From positions 64,870,450 through 64,892,697 of the forward strand of contig JANKJI020000004.1 of the NCBI GenBank assembly GCA_024626585.2: a stretch of 22,248 nucleotides of DNA, written 5' to 3'. This stretch comes from Ginkgo biloba. Taxonomy: Eukaryota > Plantae > Ginkgophyta. Of this stretch, positions 12,881-20,966 are shown piece by piece; the first letter of the stretch is position 1, and each line of letters starts with the position of its first letter. The position numbers and the translations under genes were made by a program. The notes under the pieces are model-generated. The model was given only the letters and a program-made list of their open reading frames with translations, was not told the DNA's origin and made no database searches.

Positions 12881-12932
12881 AGAAAAGCACGTTTACTTTT
12901 CTGGCACTTGTTGAATTGACCATGGTCAGAAT
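12881..12932 (+). CDS. PP5: Probable PP5 first coding exon (5' part; ATG at 12922, remainder lost in the gap 12933-13032)
   Basis: Strong acceptor atttttatatttctttgtag| then accATGGTCAGAAT running into a 100-N gap. The expected N-terminal exon (roughly M...RAEELK..ANEAFK) is not visible elsewhere upstream of 16354. Inference; it could instead lie in the gap 15555-16126. Confidence 0.5.
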
Positions 12933-13032
12933 NNNNNNNNNNNNNNNNNNNNNNNNNNNNNNNNNNNNNNNNNNNNNNNNNNNNNNNNNNNNNNNNNNNN
13001 NNNNNNNNNNNNNNNNNNNNNNNNNNNNNNNN

Positions 13033-14760
13033 TATCACATTGTACAGATGTACATAATTTTCTAAATCAAAAACTCAAAAACATGTGTAAAGCTCAAAAA
13101 ACACATAAAAACTTAAAAATAATTTGCAAGATCATGTGTATTTGTATACATCCAAAAATACATATATATACATCAAATATTTGGTACATATCATCTAACC
13201 AGTCAAATGTTGGTTCATATATAATCGATCGATCATAGTCTTAAAACTTTTCTACATAATAATATATAACATATACATCAAGGGTGGCTTAGGCCACTAT
13301 CACCTCCACCCTCATGTTGATGCTAAATCTGGCTCTTCTCATTTAACTTCCTCTAAATATGAGAGGCTTTACTACGGCTAGTCCTTGTAGATGCACCAAC
13401 CATTTATCTCCATACCTCTATCTTCCCACATAAGCGAGTAACCTCTTGCCCCAATACCTCATACCACACTCGAGATCATACTTCCATTACAAATACATCT
13501 TTGAATGGCCTTATCAAGAAAACCTGTGTCTTCTAGTGGATCACTCAAGTCATCCATGAAACAAAAAATATCATTAAGAGTCTACCTTACCTAAACTGTA
13601 GGTATCATCCTTACATCTACACAAGGAAGGACATACGCAATTAGTATCTCATACCTAAAAAATATAAAATACATATAAAAGATTAAACTAAACTAAATTC
13701 ATACCTTTAGGTAGACCCCTAAGGCCACCATTCCTCAGAGAACTCATCATCNNNNNNNNNNNNNNAGCACTATCGAGATCCACACTCTCTATTACATCTC
13801 TAAGGTGACCCTATAAAATTTTCACTGTACTCACTATTAGGCCTCTCTCAATCGATCCTCTAGCTTTGACATCACCTACAAGGGGAACTATTTCTCCCCC
13901 ACCAATACCAACTACTAGAGGAATAGTTACATCTCCTCCTGCTCCACCAGTGATATGGGGTACTGGTCCACTTGCTCCAGGAGGCCCTCCTACCTCTTAT
14001 GCTCCTCTCATCTTGGCCACATCTACATCTAAGTCCCAATCCACTCCCACATATGGGTCCATGACTCGTGTGTCATCTCGAAATGAAATTAACTCCAATC
14101 ATATACCACCCTTTCACTTATTAGAAGGCTATCAAGGTGAAGACCTTGATGTCATATGCCATCTCATAAGAAGAGGGTCATCAACTCCTATGGGATGAGG
14201 AGAAGATATAGTGGGCCTAAAAGCATGAAAATGATTGAACAACCAAGCCTACAGGAATAAATTATATGTCAAAGTCCCATACCCTCTCTGATNNNNNNNN
14301 NNAATGGAGTCTAGTTGGCCAACTAATGCATCATAGATATACTTTGCCCAATTAAAGAAGGTTTTCTCGATGCAACGTCATATCACTGGTACATATGAAT
14401 AGGGAATACTACCAAAATTCTAGCTATTAGAGATCTTATATACCAATGCAGCTACAAATTCCCTCCTGATCAATGGGACATTCTCATTTGAAAATAATGT
14501 TGTCCTGACCCCATGAGGAGACAGCCAAGTTAGTTGTTGGCCTCTTGCTAGATACTTTTTTGCCTTTATAAACCAATCTGAGAATGATATTTCTTATGTT
14601 GTTTACCTCTATCCATCCCTTAATTTTGAAATTCGTTCTTGGTAATATGCTTCTAGAACAAAAAAAGTTCCCAACCATTAGACATGCATTCTGTAGGCAT
14701 CTATTAGATAGGAATATGCAAAGACAATTCCTCTTCTCAAAGATAGCTGCCATTTAAAAT
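13033..14760 (-). mobile_element. Decayed TE-derived gene with plant-mobile-domain (PMD)-like motifs, antisense in the presumed PP5 intron
   Basis: The minus strand 14460-14155 reads EFVAALVYKIS...FFNWAKYIYDALVGQLDSI [gap] RGYGTLTYNLFL*AWLFNHFHAFRPTISSPHPIGVDDPLLMRWH, fitting the NW...L..L / LQ.W...F...RP....P...RW pattern, followed by a Gly/Val/Asp-rich tail. In-frame stops present; element boundaries approximate. Confidence 0.6.
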
Positions 14761-14949
14761 CCATGGTTGGCTATCCTTCTGGTACAAAATCCTGCAACCA
14801 CTGGACATGGTATTTTACAGGCAATATATTGAAGCCCTCAATCATCAGATAAATAGTGTACAATAGGCAGCTTTCAGAAGCTCCAAAGTTAGATTAAGAT
14901 GGATGGGTGGAATATAGTGCTTTGCTTGGTACACTATATATGCAAGTTA

Positions 14950-15270
14950 CACCTTGGGTTAAATTTGAACTACTTGCAATCATGCTTTTATATAGTGGAA
15001 CAAGAAAGAAAATTCTAAAACTTTTGAAGTTATTTATTTGTATAAAGGTGAGTGTTGTATGACCTCTTTTTACATTTATTATCAAGATAATCAGGAACTT
15101 TTCCTAATTGTGCGAATTAAGTTTTCAAGGTTTCATGAGATTAGCACCTTGGGTTGATGTTGAACTACTTGCAATCATACTTGTATGTTTAGTGAAACAA
15201 GAGTGTAGCTTCTAAAACTTTTGATGTGATTTAAGGGGAGTGTTTTATGACCTCTGTTTGCATGCATTTA
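14950..15270. repeat. Diverged direct duplication of about 125 bp (14950-15078 and 15145-15270)
   Basis: The blocks caccttgggtt..ttgaactacttgcaatcat..tagtg.aacaaga..ttctaaaacttttga..aagg.gagtgtt.tatgacctct occur in both copies in the same order. Confidence 0.9.
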
Positions 15271-16353
15271 AGGTAACTGAAGAATCTCATAGGTGTTAGG
15301 GACATAATAAGAGTAATTTTATTATTTTTTAGGCACATAATGTGAGGAAAGTTTGCATGAAGATTTTGGTTGATGCAACAGGAATATTGAACAGAGGGTA
15401 TAAAGAAACTGCTGAAGCAGTACAATTTTAGGCCAGGATGATTAAGGAGGGCTTACCTTGATTTTCTGCGTGGAGTTGGATATGAAATTTTTGTTAAGGG
15501 TTGAAGAGTGGCTTATGGAATTTTTAAATTAGCAGCCAGGAACGTTCTTTAGACNNNNNNNNNNNNNNNNNNNNNNNNNNNNNNNNNNNNNNNNNNNNNN
15601 NNNNNNNNNNNNNNNNNNNNNNNNNNNNNNNNNNNNNNNNNNNNNNNNNNNNNNNNNNNNNNNNNNNNNNNNNNNNNNNNNNNNNNNNNNNNNNNNNNNN
15701 NNNNNNNNNNNNNNNNNNNNNNNNNNNNNNNNNNNNNNNNNNNNNNNNNNNNNNNNNNNNNNNNNNNNNNNNNNNNNNNNNNNNNNNNNNNNNNNNNNNN
15801 NNNNNNNNNNNNNNNNNNNNNNNNNNNNNNNNNNNNNNNNNNNNNNNNNNNNNNNNNNNNNNNNNNNNNNNNNNNNNNNNNNNNNNNNNNNNNNNNNNNN
15901 NNNNNNNNNNNNNNNNNNNNNNNNNNNNNNNNNNNNNNNNNNNNNNNNNNNNNNNNNNNNNNNNNNNNNNNNNNNNNNNNNNNNNNNNNNNNNNNNNNNN
16001 NNNNNNNNNNNNNNNNNNNNNNNNNNNNNNNNNNNNNNNNNNNNNNNNNNNNNNNNNNNNNNNNNNNNNNNNNNNNNNNNNNNNNNNNNNNNNNNNNNNN
16101 NNNNNNNNNNNNNNNNNNNNNNNNNNGGCAATGAAATCCCACAAACACATATTAATGCAGAGGCATTAATTTTGTGACTATCATTTGTCAACTTATAATC
16201 TATCCTTCTTAACTTCGCAAAATTGTTTGTATGATTTCACTGTTTATAATTTCAAGTAATGATAAGATTTGCATTAAGATTTGGTGATTTTTGAGTATTT
16301 ATAATTTGACACTCCTTCTTATCAAAAGTTTCCAACTCCTTTGTTCTATGCAG

Positions 16354-16523
16354 CTCACAAATTTGCACAAGCCATAGAGCTGTACACTCAAGCAATAGAA
16401 TTGAACAGCCAGAATGCTGTTTATTGGGCAAATCGAGCATTTGCACACACAAAATTGGAGGAATATGGAAGTGCTATTGAGGATGCAACAAAAGCCATTG
16501 AAATTGATCCTAAATATTTCAAG
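16354..16523 (+). CDS. PP5: Ser/Thr protein phosphatase 5, internal coding exon (TPR1-TPR2)
   Basis: Translates (A)HKFAQAIELYTQAIELNSQNAVYWANRAFAHTKLEEYGSAIEDATKAIEIDPKYFK, closely matching the plant PP5 TPR region as I recall it. Acceptor ttgttctatgcag| (phase 1) and donor AAG|gtttgt (phase 0). Confidence 0.97.
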
Positions 16524-16620
16524 GTTTGTGTTGCATTTCTATAATTTCAACAATGTCTTGTACTGGTTAATAAGCATCAGATGTTCGATGACGTCAACAT
16601 TAGCAGTACTTGGTATACAG

Positions 16621-16692
16621 GGATACTACAGGAGAGGTGCTGCATATCTTTCCATGGGAAAATTTAAGGAAGCTCTGAAGGATTTCCAGCAG
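16621..16692 (+). CDS. PP5: PP5 internal coding exon (TPR3)
   Basis: 72 nt, GYYRRGAAYLSMGKFKEALKDFQQ. Follows a 97-nt GT-AG intron (16524-16620), ends CAG|gtgaat, and splices in frame to the previous exon. Confidence 0.97.
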
Positions 16693-18116
16693 GTGAATTC
16701 TTTGCACTCTGATGTTGGAAGGGAACTGCAGTTATTTGTCTGATTAAGGTTATATTTCTCAAGTTCCAAAGTAAGGAACATCTATGATTGGGTTTCTTCA
16801 TTTTTTTATGTTGTTTTCTTATGGCACACTAAATGAATGGTTTGGATACCCTCACGTAATTTTTCACAAATGATTTGTGGGTTTATTGCACCTTATGTAA
16901 TAACATGGCGTCATGCATGGGCCTTTGGATTTACTTTTTGCATGTGTCATATGATTAGGATAAGCTGAGGGGTTTGCAGGACCACGAGAAATGAGTAGTT
17001 TTTTGAAAATTTGGTAGCACTATATTTTCAGTTCTATATTGGTAGCAATATATATCTGATGAAGATGCTTTGTGAAAATATTAGAGGTTATCTACCAAAT
17101 GTTGAGCCAAAGAATTTAGTTTTATAGGAACAAGCAAAGCATAATATAGATGGTCTTTTCTCTATTTATTTGAGCACCACTGTCAATCTTTAGGTAGACA
17201 TTTGAGGAGTTGATGTTCTAGATATGTTGTTTGTCATAAATGCATGATTATTCATTTATTTTAATTTTTCAGATATACTCTAGTTNNNNNNNNNNNNNNN
17301 NNNNNNNNNNNNNNNNNNNNNNNNNNNNNNNNNNNNNNNNNNNNNNNNNNNNNNNNNNNNNNNNNNNNNNNNNNNNNNNNNNNNNGGTGAATATTTCTTT
17401 ACCCATATGCAGTTCCTTTCTTAGGAGAGTATCTATGAATTACAGGTGAGCATCCTCCAAAGGCCCTGGTACGGGTGCTTTGGAAGCCATGAAAAGGGTG
17501 GGATATTACTCTGAGAAGGACTTGTAATAAGAAGAATGTCTGGAGCAATAGTTTAAAGGCTTGTAAGTGACTCTAGGAAAAACTCGCTCTGGGATAACAA
17601 TTTAGTGCAAATGACCTTTCACTATGAAAATCCCCCTTTTATGATCCTTTAGAAGGGATGGTTCATAAATATTTAATAGATCTCCTCTTCACGGGCTAAA
17701 TTAAAATATTTTAATGGTGCCTTCCATGACTCAAGCATATTTACTCTCATTATAAAGCCAGCGACACACTTGGCATGATTTTACGCAGTAAGGTATCAAC
17801 ACCATAGATCTTCATTTAATCCCCTCCTAGTCCGTTATAGCCTTCGCAAGTGGGGAAGGGAACTAAAAGAAGGACATTTAGTAGCTTTCCATGCATCTGA
17901 GGCCTGTACGTATTTTTAAATTTTGTTTCCACTGTGGGTGTTGCTCGGGGCCATCGACTCACGGGACTTGAATACCTATCCAGGCCTCAGAGCGCTCTTG
18001 ATTCTTGAAGTCTTCTTCTGGCCATTCTCCCAACGAGCTTCATTCAAGAGAAAAGATACATATCATACTCTAGTTCATTAATGAACTCACATGGTCTTCT
18101 GCTGTATGTGATTCAG

Positions 18117-18267
18117 GTGAAGAGAATTTGTCCAAATGATCCTGATGCCGCCAAGAAACTTAAAGAGTGTGAGAAAGCAGTCCAAAAGCTTAGATTTGAA
18201 GAGGCCATTTCAGTGGATGACTTTGAGAAACATTTGGTTGCCGACTCTATTGATTTTCATTCAATAG
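18117..18267 (+). CDS. PP5: PP5 internal coding exon (end of TPR domain and linker helix)
   Basis: VKRICPNDPDAAKKLKECEKAVQKLRFEEAISVDDFEKHLVADSIDFHSI, in frame after ...DFQQ. Acceptor attcag|; donor inferred at ATAG|gtcttc (phase 1), where similarity to PP5 stops. Confidence 0.95.
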
Positions 18268-19939
18268 GTCTTCAAAATTCTCTAAGCTTGTTTTTAAGTC
18301 TCTAGTGTATATTATGATAATGTCTGGGTTTACTGTGTTTTTAAGCTTCCTTGTGCAGCATTGCTTTAGTTCCTTAATTATTTTCTTTGATCAAGCATGA
18401 TCCACATGGATCTAATGGGAGCTGATAGACTGCTGTATTGGACTATACTTTGTGAATGAATTTTGGATGCAAATTTTGGAGTGCATTTTTCCTGCGTATG
18501 TTTGACACCCCTAGAAGGTTTTACACTCTAGCCTGCTTTTTTAAAATTAATATTTCTCAAAAGAACAGGCAAGTGTCTAGGAGTCTTGTGTTTTGGCATA
18601 AGAATATTTCTTAAAGTCAAATGGTATTTTGCTGATCATAAAATAGTGATGATATGGCTGGCATTAGCATGATCAGTTGCTCCAGAAACATGAGGATTTT
18701 AGTCCTGCAATTACATACATAACCCTATTCTTTGCGGTCTTCCATTTTCTTCCCTCGTAACATTGTTGATTTTGACTTCATGTGGATCATCAATTTTTTG
18801 TTTATGGTCTGCATCACCTTGTCCCAGGTTTCTTTGTTTTTTGGATTTGTCTTTGTTTATTTTTAATTTTATTTTTCTGTTTCTCATCATATATGTTCTC
18901 CAAAGTATTTTCTCTGATGGATCCTCCATGTTCATTTCAAGATTGGTTTGTCATACAGCAGTGTCCAACTTCTCCGCGGTGTATCAGCCAATGTGTCCCT
19001 GTTTTATTGTCGCGAACTTAAAGTGTCATTCCTATTAATGTTGAGGTCCTGCCAATATTATTGGCACAAATTCTCATCTTATGTTTTTGTCATGCACTCA
19101 TTTGCTTAGTTTTTCCCAGCATACTGTTGTTCCAGTGTCATCTAGTAGGATTTTCTCATGTGTTATGAGCTTAATGGAGGTGTATATGCTCAGTGCTAGT
19201 TTTTTATTTCAATTATTATGCCATGTGATGCGTTTACCGATTTGATCATTTTTTTTTTGTTGCATTTAAGTTCTTGGTTTTCTANNNNNNNNNNNNNNNN
19301 NNNNNNNNNNNNNNNNNNNNNNNNNNNNNNNNNNNNNNNNNNNNNNNNNNNNNNNNNNNNNNNNNNNNNNNNNNNNNNNNNNNNNNNNNNNNNNNNNNNN
19401 NNNNNNNNNNNNNNNNNNNNNNNNNNNNNNNNNNNNNNNNNNNNNNNNNNNNNNNNNNNNNNNNNNNNNNNNNNNNNNNNNNNNNNNNNNNNNNNNNNNN
19501 NNNNNNNNNNNNNNNNNNNNNNNNNNNNNNNNNNNNNNNNNNNNNNNNNNNNNNNNNNNNNNNNNNNNNNNNNNNNNNNNNNNNNNNNNNNNNNNNNNNN
19601 NNNNNNNNNNNNNNNNNNNNNNNNNNNNNNNNNNNNNNNNNNNNNNNNNNNNNNNNNNNNNNNNNNNNNNNNNNNNNNNNNNNNNNNNNNNNNNNNNNNN
19701 NNNNNNNNNNNNNNNNNNNNNNNNNNNNNNNNNNNNNNNNNNNNNNNNNNNNNNNNNNNNNNNNNNNNNNNNNNNNNNNNNNNNNNNNNNNNNNNNNNNN
19801 NNNNNNNNNNNNNNNNNNNNNNNNNNNNNNNNNNNNNNNNNNNNNNNNNNNNNNNNNNNNNNNNNNNNNNNNNNNNNNNNNNNNNNNNNNNNNNNNNNNN
19901 NNNNNNNNNNNNNNNNNNNNNNNNNNNNNNNNTTTCATG

Positions 19940-20960
19940 TTAAACATCATGACATGGCTAGATATGAATACTCAAAATATCACTTCTTTCTTATTATCAA
20001 ATCAAAATTCTCCCATTGTTAGGGAAATTACAAGAAGATCACTTATTGATGACCATCTTTTCTTACATACAAAACAAAAAGGAAAAAATAAATATCAAAC
20101 CAAACATTTTTAAACCCTTTATAAGTGATATATCCCCTCTTTTATAGACCTCCTAAAGATATTTGAAGTAATCGCTAATAATTATTTCTTTCTCTGAATG
20201 ATAGCTATTAAAATGTATGCTTAATTGCCTTTGTGAGTCTCATTGCCTGTTGATAACCATTTTACCATCTATTGATTGCAATCCTATTGTAGCAATAGAA
20301 TGTTGGTTACAGTCACGTTATGTCACTCATTACCTAGTGAAGTCAATCTGTAGTCGTAGTCCTGGTTGTAGTTGTGATAACCTTAGTTGAAGCTAGGTAT
20401 GAGCTGTTTGCATCATCTGATTGAAGATACTCTAAGTTTTTGCTAAGAGAATAATGCACAATGAAGAATAGGCTTGGTATTGACATCAATTGTTAGGTAT
20501 GTAGAGTTGTTTAGCATAATGAAGAGTTATGGGTATAATAATGAGTTGTTTCTTTATAGGATTAAGGGTCGCATCCCATCTTCTCACTTGTATAAATTTG
20601 CCACCATTGGAGCATAACCGATCATTCATATTTGTGCATTATCCCAACCAACTGAACATTTACATTATACTTGCCTAGGAATAAAGAAGGTAATGGTGAG
20701 AGTTTTACATTCACTTTTGTAACGACTTCTAATGAGAAGTGTTAATTGATGCCAATCATGTGCTTACTATCTATTGCATATGAGCATAAATGAAAGGATG
20801 GAACATGTCCATCTTCTCATTTGGTAGCATGCAACATAGAGTGGCTAACTGAACTAGAAAATAATTGTTTCACTAAAATTTCTTGTTCTATTGCTTGAAA
20901 CAGAATCTTCAAGGCCCACTTTATGATAATGACAAGGTCTAAGCCCAACACATTGGTCAA
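19940..20960 (-). mobile_element. Decayed Ty1/copia remnant (integrase core region) in PP5 intron
   Basis: The minus strand about 20900-20825 reads Q*NKNFSENNYFLVQLA / SMLHA (cf. QQNGVAERKNRHLVETARSMLHA), with weak traces of the downstream PR..KC..GY..Y.P motif at about 20590-20690. Confidence 0.5.
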
Positions 20961-20966
20961 CGACTT

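Noticed and set aside
13866-14198. Pro/Thr-rich 110-aa ORF on the + strand
   Set aside because: Shadow of the Gly/Val-rich minus-strand frame of the PMD-like remnant, with a non-ATG start.
16140-16176. Small inverted repeat cacaaa..attaatgc / gcattaat.tttgtg
   Set aside because: Short and AT-rich, so expected by chance, with no further support.
17055-17095. CTGATGA...GAAA hammerhead-ribozyme-like core
   Set aside because: Stems I, II and III cannot be formed around the core.
17101-17118. gttgagcca (VEP) resembling the next PP5 exon VEPQY
   Set aside because: Wrong position (upstream of the preceding exon), no acceptor, and similarity ends after three codons.
17773-17904. Possible box C/D snoRNA (ggcATGATT...CTGAggcc)
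   Set aside because: The C box is non-canonical, the terminal stem is only 3 bp, I see no convincing rRNA or snRNA guide, and the D box lies inside the long hairpin stem.
18763-19038. Hydrophobic ORF as a candidate for the PP5 transmembrane exon
   Set aside because: The Phe/Leu/Ile richness comes from T-rich intron composition. It lacks the Ala/Val character of the known exon, has no convincing flanking splice sites, and ends in a stop.
7004-20113. Long ORFs made mostly of X (e.g. 7004-7513, 15524-16191, 19218-20113)
   Set aside because: Artefacts of N-filled assembly gaps.
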